DNA from: Gemmatimonadales bacterium
GTDB lineage: Bacteria > Gemmatimonadota > Gemmatimonadetes > Gemmatimonadales > GWC2-71-9
DNA length: 47,203 bases
Direction of reading: 5' to 3'
Assembly: GCA_013813435.1 (NCBI GenBank)
Contig: JACCRS010000216.1
Location: forward strand, 1 to 47,203
In this document: positions 18,633 through 27,186 of the stretch, piece by piece
Position numbering within the stretch: the stretch's first letter is position 1
How the letters are laid out: each line of letters begins with the position of its first letter
The notes under the pieces: model-generated
Told to the model about the DNA's origin: nothing
What the model saw: only the letters and a program-made list of their open reading frames with translations
Databases searched by the model: none
Made by a program: the position numbers and the translations under genes

Positions 18633-19465
18633 CCCACCTTCCGCGTCCGGCGGCGCGCGGGACGGGTCCCAGCGCGGGCCGGCGGTTTGGGCTTGCTGCC
18701 CTTCTTCGCCGCTTCGACGCTTCGCTTCAGCGCTTCGGCCAGATCGATCACCCCGGTGTCTCGGGCGGCTGGTGCACTCACGACCTGCTTGCCTTCGAGC
18801 TTGGCCTCGATGAGCTGCGCTAGCGCCTCTCGATAGGTGTCGCGGTATTCAGAAGGATCGAAGGGCTTCTTCAACAGCTCGATCAGAGTAAAAGCCATGC
18901 CGAGCTCCTTCTCCGACACCTTCACCCGGTCCAGATCGCTGCTCCGTTCCTGCCTGATCTCGTCGGGGTAATACAGTGTCTCCAGCATTATGGTGCCCTT
19001 ATGCGGCCGCAGCACGCAGAGCTGCTCTTTTTTTCTGATGGTAATGCTGGCCGTAGCGCTCAGCTTCTTTTCCTCCAGAGCCTTCAACAGCAGCGCGTAA
19101 GGTTTTTCTGCCCGCTCAGCCGGCTCGAGATAGTAGCTCTTCTCGTAGAAGACCGGATCGATCTCCTGCTCTTCCACAAAGGCGCTCAGCTCGATGGTGT
19201 GCTTGCTCGGAAGCGGCAGCTGCTCGAAGTCCTCTTCAGTCAGCACCACGTACTGACCTTTGGCGAACTCGTATCCCCGTGAAGTCTCGTTCCAGGGCAC
19301 TTCTACCTCATCGGTGGGGCACCAGCGCTTCTGCTGCAGCTTGGACCCGCAGGTTGCGTGAATCAAATTGAACCTGATGTCACGGCTCTCCGTTGCCCCG
19401 AAGAGTTTGACGGGTATGGTCACCATCCCGAAGCTGATCGAACCACTCCAGATTGCCCTCGGCAT
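18629..19465 (-). CDS. ku: Ku protein (NHEJ)
   Basis: MPRAIWSGSISFGMVTIPVKL, RGYE, YYLEP, YPDEIR, VIDLAEALKRS, basic tail; SD GGAGGT before ATG 19465. Confidence 0.96.
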   Translation of the reverse strand: MPRAIWSGSISFGMVTIPVKLFGATESRDIRFNLIHATCGSKLQQKRWCPTDEVEVPWNETSRGYEFAKGQYVVLTEEDFEQLPLPSKHTIELSAFVEEQEIDPVFYEKSYYLEPAERAEKPYALLLKALEEKKLSATASITIRKKEQLCVLRPHKGTIMLETLYYPDEIRQERSSDLDRVKVSEKELGMAFTLIELLKKPFDPSEYRDTYREALAQLIEAKLEGKQVVSAPAARDTGVIDLAEALKRSVEAAKKGSKPKPPARAGTRPARRRTRKVG

Positions 19466-19511
19466 GTGCAGCACCTCCGAATAGGCCCGGAGCCGAACTA
19501 TCCCCCGAGAC

Positions 19512-19613
19512 TTTTCCACAACGGATCGCGTATTGTCCACAGAGTTGTCAACACAACCTGTTGACAAATAATAGCTTACGAAGTTTGATAATCAGGCTGA
19601 TACCAACGGGTTG
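19512..19613. promoter_or_regulatory. Cluster of four DnaA-box-like 9-mers plus two IHF-like sites in an AT-rich patch
   Basis: ttttccaca 19512-20, ttgtccaca 19533-41, ttgtcaaca 19545-53, tgttgacaa 19559-67; IHF-like aaataatagctta 19566-78 and taccaacgggttg 19601-13. Confidence 0.65.
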
Positions 19614-19636
19614 CTGTGGGGCAAGTCACAGGGGTC

Positions 19637-20650
19637 CTACTGTTTCGATGATTTGGCCTCGGAAACAGGTGAGCCACCGATGGTGCGGAGAATTCGCTTC
19701 ATGGCCTGTTTGCCGCTGGAGTCTACCGCCGGGAGTATCAGCTGTTCGTTCTCGAGGGGAACGCCAGGCGTGATAGAGCCGGCGTCGGGGGCAGCCTCGA
19801 TTTCAGATGTTGAGCCGCTCACCGGTGTAAAGTCGAGGGCAGCAGCAACAGGTACGTTTGGTTCAGGCGGGGACACTATCCTGGAGCTCACTGGAACTAC
19901 AATCTTCGCGACCGATGCCGTGCCGCCCGGCGAACGGAGGCCGGGAATCGGAATGGACTGAAGCATTGGCATTACCGCGGCCACCGTGCGAGGAGTGACG
20001 TCTTTCAGTGCCTCGGTTGGCGCCGTGATCAGTTGCCGCGGCGTGCGGGGACGCGCGGATACGTCCGATGCCGACGTCGATGTGCCCGACACCACCAGCT
20101 GCGCACAGGCCACCATCACCGCGCCGCCCAGCGCGACCCGAAGGTAGTGCTGGGGCTTACTGCGGCGGCGCGAGCCTCTGGCCTGCACCGGCCCCGCCAC
20201 TTTTGCCGGCTCCACCATGCGGGGAGCTGCTGCCACCGGTACTGGCGTGGCCATTCGCTTCGGGTTCCTGCGAGCCGGCTCCGTCGGAGGCTCCGCTGCC
20301 CGCGGTGAGCTCGGCTTGGGTTCAGGCCATGCGGTGAGCGCCGCCTGTGTAGCAGCCTGCCGGGTTGAGGGTGCCGGGGTCACAGCTGGAGCGGACTGCG
20401 GCTGACCCTCACCCAGCTTCAACGCCGAGAGTGGGGCTACCGGCGGGCCAGCGACAAGATCCGCCTGGGTCAGCGGCATCGAGAGCGCGATCTTGTAGTG
20501 CGGATGGAACTGGATGGGCAGCCACTTGCTCGTAGCGTTGTGATAGATGCGTGCGCGGGAAGTCACGACCTTCCGTCGGATCGCGACAGCCAGCTCTTCT
20601 ATCGACCGAAACGCGGTCTCTTCGCCGGGCGAAAGCTCGATGCGATACAT
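19637..20650 (-). CDS. Hypothetical single-pass membrane protein with small N-terminal globular (GYF_2-like) domain and Pro/Ala-rich linkers
   Basis: SD GAGGT before ATG 20650; ordered N-terminal ~55 aa; TM VALGGAVMVACAQLVV. Confidence 0.7.
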   Translation of the reverse strand: MYRIELSPGEETAFRSIEELAVAIRRKVVTSRARIYHNATSKWLPIQFHPHYKIALSMPLTQADLVAGPPVAPLSALKLGEGQPQSAPAVTPAPSTRQAATQAALTAWPEPKPSSPRAAEPPTEPARRNPKRMATPVPVAAAPRMVEPAKVAGPVQARGSRRRSKPQHYLRVALGGAVMVACAQLVVSGTSTSASDVSARPRTPRQLITAPTEALKDVTPRTVAAVMPMLQSIPIPGLRSPGGTASVAKIVVPVSSRIVSPPEPNVPVAAALDFTPVSGSTSEIEAAPDAGSITPGVPLENEQLILPAVDSSGKQAMKRILRTIGGSPVSEAKSSKQ

Positions 20651-20947
20651 ACACACCTCAACGGGCGGGGAAGTGTGCGAGGGGTGCTGAGGTAGTTCAT
20701 CGCATGCGATTTTCGTGCGCGGCGTCTATGCATTTTCGTTCATGACGGCCTGACAAGCGGTGGGGGGATGCAAAGAGTGTGACCTGATAAGACTGGCGTG
20801 GTGGCGCTATAGGAAATCCCGCTGCGATCAAATGGTTGCGAGCCTTCCCACAACCCGAAGAGCAGGTGCTCTTTTCTGCAGCTTGCCGGGACGGCAGAGC
20901 GGCTGAATTTTGGGAGGGGGGGCGAAGGTTTTGCGAACTCTGGTGGA

Positions 20948-21739
20948 TTGCGAGGAAAGCTGCCCGGAACAAGACAGGATACGGATCTGGAAGAGCGTGA
21001 CTCGGCGGCAGCCGCGCTATGGGCAGAGCACGTCTCCAAGCGCTATGGTCCTGTCCTGGCACTGGACACGGTCTCGATCGGCGTGTGGCCGGCAGAGTGC
21101 GTGGCGCTGATAGGGGAAAGCGGTTCGGGAAAGACCACGCTGCTCCGTTGTTTCAACCGGCTGATCGTTCCCGATGCCGGGCGGGTTCGGGTGGACGGAA
21201 CCGACGCAGCGGAGCTGGATGCCATAGCCTTGCGCCGGCGCATGGGATACGTCCCCCAGGATGGCGGGTTGCTTCCTCATTGGACCGTGCAACGCAACGT
21301 GGAATTGGTACCGTGGCTCCTCCGAATGACCAACGCTTCCGAGCTGGCCGAGCGCGCATTGACGTTGGTAGGGCTGGAGCCGGCCCGGTTCCGTGGGCGG
21401 GCACCGGGAGAGTTGTCGGGGGGAGAGCGCCAGCGGGTGGCCGTAGCGCGCGCGCTTGCCGCACAGCCGCAGGTCATTCTCCTGGATGAGCCTTTCGGGG
21501 CGCTTGACGCGATCACCCGTGCGGATCTTCAGATCGCATTTGCAGCGATTCGGCGGGAGTTGAGAATCACGGCATTGTTAGTGACGCACGATCTCAACGA
21601 GGCGTTTCTTCTGGCCGACCGAATCGTGGTGATGCGGCAGGGCAGGGTAGAGCAGGACGCGAGTCCGGGACAGCTTCGCGACGCTCCTGCCACCGACTAC
21701 GTGCGCCGGCTTTTGTCCCGTGCGCCGGTCGTGCCGTGA
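20948..21739 (+). CDS. ABC transporter ATP-binding subunit, osmoprotectant (OpuA/ProV-like) family
   Basis: GESGSGKT, LSGGERQR, LLDEPFGALD, VTHD; start uncertain. Confidence 0.93.
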   Translation: MRGKLPGTRQDTDLEERDSAAAALWAEHVSKRYGPVLALDTVSIGVWPAECVALIGESGSGKTTLLRCFNRLIVPDAGRVRVDGTDAAELDAIALRRRMGYVPQDGGLLPHWTVQRNVELVPWLLRMTNASELAERALTLVGLEPARFRGRAPGELSGGERQRVAVARALAAQPQVILLDEPFGALDAITRADLQIAFAAIRRELRITALLVTHDLNEAFLLADRIVVMRQGRVEQDASPGQLRDAPATDYVRRLLSRAPVVP

Positions 21740-23298
21740 GTACTCCGATACGGGTGTCCATACTAATGGTCATCCTGACGTTCCTCTCGCCGATCGTTCC
21801 GGCTGAGGGCCAGAAGGTGCGCCCAATCATCGTGGCCTCGAAGCCGTTTGGCGAGTCGTTCCTCCTGGCTGAGATGTTTGCGCAGCTGCTGGAAGCTCGC
21901 GGCTTCGAGGTGGATCGCCGCCTCGGCCTCGGAGCCACCGAGATTGCATTCAATGCCCTGCGGACCAATGCCATCGATGTTTACCCGGAATACACCGGTA
22001 CCGGCCTGCTTGCCATACTCGGCCAGCAACCCAGCGCGGATCCCCGAGAGGTCTACCGCGAGGTCTCACGAGAGTTCGGTCGCCGCTATGGTGCCCGCTG
22101 GCTACCGCCGCTCGGCTTTCAGAACACCTACGCCATCGCGGTTCGGCGGACCACAGCACGGGACCTGAGGCTGGTGACCCTCAGCGATCTTGCGCGCAAC
22201 AGCCGGACCCTGAGGGCCGGGCTGACTCCCGACTTCATCGGACGGGCCGACGGCCTTCCGGGGCTGCAAAAAGCCTATGGCCTCCGCTTCCAGTCAACTC
22301 GCGCCCTTTTGCCGGCGGTCAAGTACCACGCGCTCGCTGCCGGCGAGGTGGATGTGATCGATGGCTACTCCACCGATGGATTCATTGCGCGCTATGATCT
22401 GGTGATCCTGGAGGACGACCGGGCGTTTTTTCCGCCCTACGAGGCTGCAGCACTGGTCAGCCCGGGCCTGCAGCGGGAGGTGCCTGCCGCCACCGCCACC
22501 CTGACGGAGTTGAGCGGCCTGTTGAGCGAGAGTGCCATGAGGAGACTCAACCGGCGGATCGAGGTTGATGGCGTCCCGGTAGCCCGCGTTGCCGCCGGTC
22601 AGCTACTGGCTCTGGGCCTCACCAGCCGCGCCACTGCCGAATCCCGCATGTCCGCAACCGATGCATCCGACCGTGGGGTTCTGTCGTACCTCTGGGGACA
22701 ACGGGTGACCATCTTCGGCCTCGCGCTTCGGCACCTGCTTCTCGTGAGTGTCTCCCTGATAGCGGCCATTGCAGTAGCCTTACCGCTGGGCCTGGCTCTG
22801 GAGCGGGGCCGGGGTGCGGCGGAGTCCGTCATCCGGGGAGTGGGAGTACTGCAAACCCTCCCCAGCATAGCTCTGCTGGCCTTCATGATCCCGTTGCTGG
22901 GTATCGGGGTGATACCCGCAGTCGTGGCGCTGTTTCTCTATTCGCTCTATCCGATCTTGCGCAACACTTACACCGGAGTAAGGGACGCGGCTCCCGCGGC
23001 CGTCAATGCTGCCTGGGCTCTGGGGATGACTCCGCGGCAGGTACTACGTTACGTTCGACTGCCGCTGGCGGCGCCGGTGATCATGGCGGGCATCCGCACC
23101 GCCGCTGTACTCAATGTCGGTACAGCCACCTTGGCGGCATTCATCGGCGCGGGTGGACTCGGAGACCCCATCGCTGCGGGGCTTGCCTTGTCGGACACCC
23201 GGATGATTCTCTCCGGCGCGTTGCCGGCTGCACTCCTGGCCCTGCTGGTAGACGGCGTACTCGGCGTATGCGAGCGTGCGGCTACCCCGCGCCGTTAG
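21736..23298 (+). CDS. Fused glycine-betaine/choline-type substrate-binding protein and ABC permease
   Basis: SKPFGE, YPEYTGT, FQNTYAIAV, YSTDG, FFPPY; then QTLPSIAL, EAA-like loop AAWALGMT, IGAGGLG. Confidence 0.92.
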   Translation: MSTPIRVSILMVILTFLSPIVPAEGQKVRPIIVASKPFGESFLLAEMFAQLLEARGFEVDRRLGLGATEIAFNALRTNAIDVYPEYTGTGLLAILGQQPSADPREVYREVSREFGRRYGARWLPPLGFQNTYAIAVRRTTARDLRLVTLSDLARNSRTLRAGLTPDFIGRADGLPGLQKAYGLRFQSTRALLPAVKYHALAAGEVDVIDGYSTDGFIARYDLVILEDDRAFFPPYEAAALVSPGLQREVPAATATLTELSGLLSESAMRRLNRRIEVDGVPVARVAAGQLLALGLTSRATAESRMSATDASDRGVLSYLWGQRVTIFGLALRHLLLVSVSLIAAIAVALPLGLALERGRGAAESVIRGVGVLQTLPSIALLAFMIPLLGIGVIPAVVALFLYSLYPILRNTYTGVRDAAPAAVNAAWALGMTPRQVLRYVRLPLAAPVIMAGIRTAAVLNVGTATLAAFIGAGGLGDPIAAGLALSDTRMILSGALPAALLALLVDGVLGVCERAATPRR

Positions 23299-23329
23299 TC
23301 TCTCTTCATATACCAGGCTGAATAGTCAG

Positions 23330-24553
23330 GTGCGACTCCACCCTTTCGACGCGCTTCGCCCCCGCCCAGAGCTGGCGCCTCAGGTGGCTGCCGTCCCCTA
23401 CGATGTTGTGAGCCGGCAGGAGGCCGCCCAGCTGGCGCAGGGGAATCCCCACAGCTTCCTTCACGTCGGACGCTCGGACATAGACCTCCCTGAGGATGTC
23501 GATGCCCATGATTCGCGGATTTACCGCCAGGCTCGCGAAGCATTGGATTCGTTTGTCGCTGGCTCTATTCTGGTTCGGGAGGGCGCGCCGGCGCTTTATC
23601 TCTATCGCCAGATCATGAATGGCCGGGCCCAGACCGGGCTGGTCGGGTGCGTCCACATCGACGATTATGAGCACAACGTCATTCGCAAGCACGAGAAGAC
23701 TCGCCAGGACAAGGAGGACGACCGCACCAGGCATGTGCTGACGTTGGGGGCACACGCCGAGCCCGTGTTCCTGACCTACGCCAGGCGTCCTGAGGTGGAG
23801 GTGCTTTACCAGCCGGTGCTCCTGACGGATCCCCTCTATGACTTCTCGGCTCCCGACGGGGTTCGGCACACAGTCTGGCGGATCTCCGATCCCGGGACCT
23901 GGATCGATGCGTTCCGCTCGGTGCCGCACGCCTACGTGGCCGATGGCCACCATCGCTCAGCCAGCGCATGGCGCGCCGGCCGGGAGCGCCGCAACTCCAA
24001 TCCGACCCACCGGGGCGACGAGGAGTACAACTGGTTTCTAGCGGTACTTTTTCCGCACGATCAGCTCCGAATTCTGCCCTACAACCGGGCGGTACGAGAT
24101 CTGGGAGGAAAGTCGCCCGCCGCCGTGCTCCAGGCCTTGAGACAGTTGGGTGAGATGTCGCAGACCGATGATCCGCGTCCGTCACAGCCCGGGACATTTT
24201 GCGTCTATCTCGCGAAGACCTGGTACCGGGTCGAGCTCGACGAAACCAGCATTCAGCGCCACGATCCGATCGGGTCGCTCGACGTGTCGTTGCTGCAGGA
24301 CCGGGTTCTGGGGCCCATTCTGGGAATCGGCGATCCCCGGACGGACGCACGGCTCGACTTTGTGGGTGGCATCCGGGGTACGGCCGAGCTCGAGCGGCGG
24401 GTGGACGCGGGCGAGATGGCAATCGCGTTTTCGTTGTATCCAACCACGCTGGATCAGCTGATGGCGGTCTCCGACGCCGGCGCTATAATGCCGCCCAAGA
24501 GCACCTGGTTCGAGCCCAAGCTGCGGAGTGGGTTGTTTGTGCATACGTTTTAG
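23330..24553 (+). CDS. DUF1015 family protein
   Basis: PYDVV, IRKHEKTR, YVADGHHR, ILPYNR, IMPPKSTWFEPKLRSGLF; GTG 23330. Confidence 0.92.
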   Translation: MRLHPFDALRPRPELAPQVAAVPYDVVSRQEAAQLAQGNPHSFLHVGRSDIDLPEDVDAHDSRIYRQAREALDSFVAGSILVREGAPALYLYRQIMNGRAQTGLVGCVHIDDYEHNVIRKHEKTRQDKEDDRTRHVLTLGAHAEPVFLTYARRPEVEVLYQPVLLTDPLYDFSAPDGVRHTVWRISDPGTWIDAFRSVPHAYVADGHHRSASAWRAGRERRNSNPTHRGDEEYNWFLAVLFPHDQLRILPYNRAVRDLGGKSPAAVLQALRQLGEMSQTDDPRPSQPGTFCVYLAKTWYRVELDETSIQRHDPIGSLDVSLLQDRVLGPILGIGDPRTDARLDFVGGIRGTAELERRVDAGEMAIAFSLYPTTLDQLMAVSDAGAIMPPKSTWFEPKLRSGLFVHTF

Positions 24554-24555
24554 AA

Positions 24556-24672
24556 GCGTCTAGGGTCTAGGGTCAAGAGTCTACGCTTCGACCGTCAACT
24601 CGGGTCGGTCGACTCAGGCTTAGACCCTTGACCCTGGACTCTAGACCCTAGACCCTAGACTCTGGACCCTAG
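24556..24672. repeat. Inverted heptamer arrays (GGGTCTA)x4 ... (TAGACCC)x7 with an internal hairpin
   Basis: gcgtcta gggtcta gggtcaa gagtcta; tcgaccg...cggtcga; tagaccc ttgaccc tggactc tagaccc tagaccc tagactc tggaccc. Confidence 0.9.
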
Positions 24673-24699
24673 GCTCGTGGTTCATCTCTCGGAGCATCG

Positions 24700-25917
24700 A
24701 TGAAGGTTCTTGTAGCAGACAAATTCGAGAAGGTTGGTATTGACGGTCTCAAGGACCTCGGCTGCACCGTTGTGTCCGAGCCTGAGGTGAAGTCGGATGC
24801 GCTTCCCGAGCTGATTGGGCGGATCGATCCCCACATTCTGATCGTCCGGAGCAAGAAGGTAAATGCCGACGCTTTGCGGGCCGGCACGGCGCTTACGCTC
24901 GTGATTCGAGCTGGCGCCGGCATCGACACGATCGACGTCGCGTCGGCATCCGCTCTTGGCGTGTTCGTCTCCAACTGCCCCGCTAAGAACTCGATCGCCG
25001 TGGCGGAGCTGGTGCTGGGATTGCTGCTCGCCTGCGACCGGCGCATTCCGGACCAGGTGGTGGAGTTGCGGGAAGGCAAATGGAACAAGGCCTCATACTC
25101 CAAGGCGCGTGGACTCTACGGCCGAACCCTTGGGATCGTGGGTCTTGGGCAAATCGGCCGGGAGGTGGCCCTACGAGCCCGCGCGTTTGGCATGCGGGTG
25201 ATGGCCTGGTCCAGGAGTCTCACACACGAAGAGGCTGAACGACTAGGGATAACCTACGCTCAGACACCGCTGGAGGTGGCTCGCGACGCCGATGCCGTCA
25301 CTATTAACGTCGCCGCCAATACCGACACCAGGAACCTGGTCGATGCGGAGTTTTTGGCGGCCATGAAGCCGGGGGCGTATCTCATCAACACCGCACGGGG
25401 ATCGGTAATCGATGAAGCGGCTTTGGCGCAGGCCGTACGCGACAAGGGGATCCGGGCTGGCCTCGACGTCTTCCAGAATGAGCCCACCGGAGGGAAGGGC
25501 GAGTTCTCCAATGCGTTGGTTCAGATTCCGGGGGTGTATGGGACTCATCATGTGGGCGCGTCCACCGATCAGGCGCAGGTGGCCATCGCGCACGAAGTGA
25601 TCCGGATCGTTCAGTCGTTTCAGACAACCGGCGAGGTTCCCAACGCGGTCAACCGTCTGGCGCGGAGCTCGGCGACTCACGTGCTCACCATCCGGCACCG
25701 AAACCGCCCGGGTGTGCTGGCCCACGTCTTTGGCGTGCTCGCCGGCGCCTCGATCAATGTCGAAGAGGTCGAGAATATCATATATCACGGGGCGCAGGCC
25801 ACCCTGGCCCGTATCCACCTCGACGGGTGCCCCGAGGGGACCACGCTAACACAGATCCGGGAGGGGAACCCGGATATCATCAGTGCGGACCTGAGCGAGC
25901 TGAATGGCCGGAAGTGA
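24700..25917 (+). CDS. serA: D-3-phosphoglycerate dehydrogenase with C-terminal ACT domain
   Basis: RAGAG, NSIAVAE, GLGQIG, INTARG, LDVF..EP, HVGAST, HRNRPGVL; adjacent to serC. Confidence 0.88.
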   Translation: MKVLVADKFEKVGIDGLKDLGCTVVSEPEVKSDALPELIGRIDPHILIVRSKKVNADALRAGTALTLVIRAGAGIDTIDVASASALGVFVSNCPAKNSIAVAELVLGLLLACDRRIPDQVVELREGKWNKASYSKARGLYGRTLGIVGLGQIGREVALRARAFGMRVMAWSRSLTHEEAERLGITYAQTPLEVARDADAVTINVAANTDTRNLVDAEFLAAMKPGAYLINTARGSVIDEAALAQAVRDKGIRAGLDVFQNEPTGGKGEFSNALVQIPGVYGTHHVGASTDQAQVAIAHEVIRIVQSFQTTGEVPNAVNRLARSSATHVLTIRHRNRPGVLAHVFGVLAGASINVEEVENIIYHGAQATLARIHLDGCPEGTTLTQIREGNPDIISADLSELNGRK

Positions 25918-26076
25918 GTCGGGATTCAGGAGTCTGGAGTCTCGACAATCCCACCACCTCCCCCGATCTTCTGGTGAAGCCGCTTTGCGCCTTGGGAGTT
26001 TCAGCTACTCCCCAACTCCCGACTCCCGACTCCCGACTCCCGACTCCTGACTCCTGACTCCCGACTCCCGACTCCT
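25915..26076. repeat. Inverted heptamer arrays (GGAGTCN)x4 ... (GACTCCY)x9
   Basis: Left arm 25915-25942; right arm 26014-26076 ends at the base before the serC ATG. Confidence 0.92.
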
Positions 26077-27183
26077 ATGACTGACCGCATCCACAACTTC
26101 AGCGCAGGTCCCGCGGTGTTGCCCGAACCCGTGCTCCGTAAGGCCCAGGACGCCATCTGGAATGCGGAGGGCAGCGGCATCGGAATCATGGAGCACAGTC
26201 ACCGGGGAAAGGTGTTCGACCGTATAATCAACGACGCCGAGCAGGCCTGCCGTGAGCTGGGCGGAATACCCGACGGTTATCGGGTGTTGTTCCTCCAGGG
26301 GGGTGCTTCGCTCCAGTTTTCGATGGTGCCGATGAATCTGCTTCCGGCCGACCGCACTGCCGACTACCTGCTCACCGGCGTGTGGTCCCAGAAGGCGATT
26401 AAGGAGGCCCAGCAAACTGGCAAGGTCCACGTGGCGGCAACCAGCGAAGCCACCAACTTCGACCGGATCCCCAGGCAGGACGAGATCCGTTATTCCCCGG
26501 CTGCCGCATATGTGCACCTCACCACGAACAACACTATCTATGGTACTCAGTGGCAGATGGAGCCCCAGGTTCCGGCCGGTACTCCCTTGGTCGCGGACAC
26601 TTCGAGCGACATGTATAGCCGCCCCATAGACGTTCGGAAGTACGGATTGATCTACGCTGGAGCCCAGAAAAACCTGGGACCGTCGGGAGTCGTACTGGTA
26701 ATCATACGGGACGATCTTGTAGAACGGGGGCCCAAGACCCTGCCGACCATGCTGCAGTACCGCACCCATGCAGCGGAAAAGTCGCTCTACAACACCGCCC
26801 CAACCTTCGCGATTTACGTTATGGGAGAGGTGTTCAAGTGGATCCAGGCTCAGGGCGGGCTCTCAGCCATGGCTGAGAGCAACGAGGCCAAGGCTGGCAC
26901 TCTGTATGATTACCTCGATGGCAGTGACTTCTTTCGCGGCACCGCGCAGCCGGACAGCCGGTCCCGCATGAACGTCTGCTTCCGGGCCCCGACCGAGGAG
27001 CTGGAAGAAAAGTTCGTCAAGGAAGCCGCCAAGCGGGGGTTCGATGGTCTGAAAGGCCACCGTCTGGTGGGTGGTATGCGGGCCAGCATTTACAACGCAT
27101 GTCCGACCGCTGCAGTGGAAGCACTGGTCTCGTTCATGAAAGAATTCGAGCGCGCGAACCGCGTAGCCGCAACCCGGAGCTGA
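26077..27183 (+). CDS. serC: Phosphoserine aminotransferase
   Basis: [35 protein letters not shown] (PLP Lys), [17 protein letters not shown]. Confidence 0.97.
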   Translation: MTDRIHNFSAGPAVLPEPVLRKAQDAIWNAEGSGIGIMEHSHRGKVFDRIINDAEQACRELGGIPDGYRVLFLQGGASLQFSMVPMNLLPADRTADYLLTGVWSQKAIKEAQQTGKVHVAATSEATNFDRIPRQDEIRYSPAAAYVHLTTNNTIYGTQWQMEPQVPAGTPLVADTSSDMYSRPIDVRKYGLIYAGAQKNLGPSGVVLVIIRDDLVERGPKTLPTMLQYRTHAAEKSLYNTAPTFAIYVMGEVFKWIQAQGGLSAMAESNEAKAGTLYDYLDGSDFFRGTAQPDSRSRMNVCFRAPTEELEEKFVKEAAKRGFDGLKGHRLVGGMRASIYNACPTAAVEALVSFMKEFERANRVAATRS

Positions 27184-27186
27184 GCG

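Noticed and set aside
19466-19567. N-terminal extension of Ku in the ORF track (MSTGCVDNSVDN...)
   Set aside because: It is a translation of the DnaA-box-like cluster; the conserved Ku start with an SD is ATG 19465
20657-20947. Riboswitch upstream of the osmoprotectant transporter
   Set aside because: I could not match c-di-AMP, glycine, SAM or other aptamer cores by eye; an Rfam search would settle it
24556-26076. Repeat arrays as CRISPR
   Set aside because: Units are contiguous 7-mers with no unique spacers, and no cas genes are present
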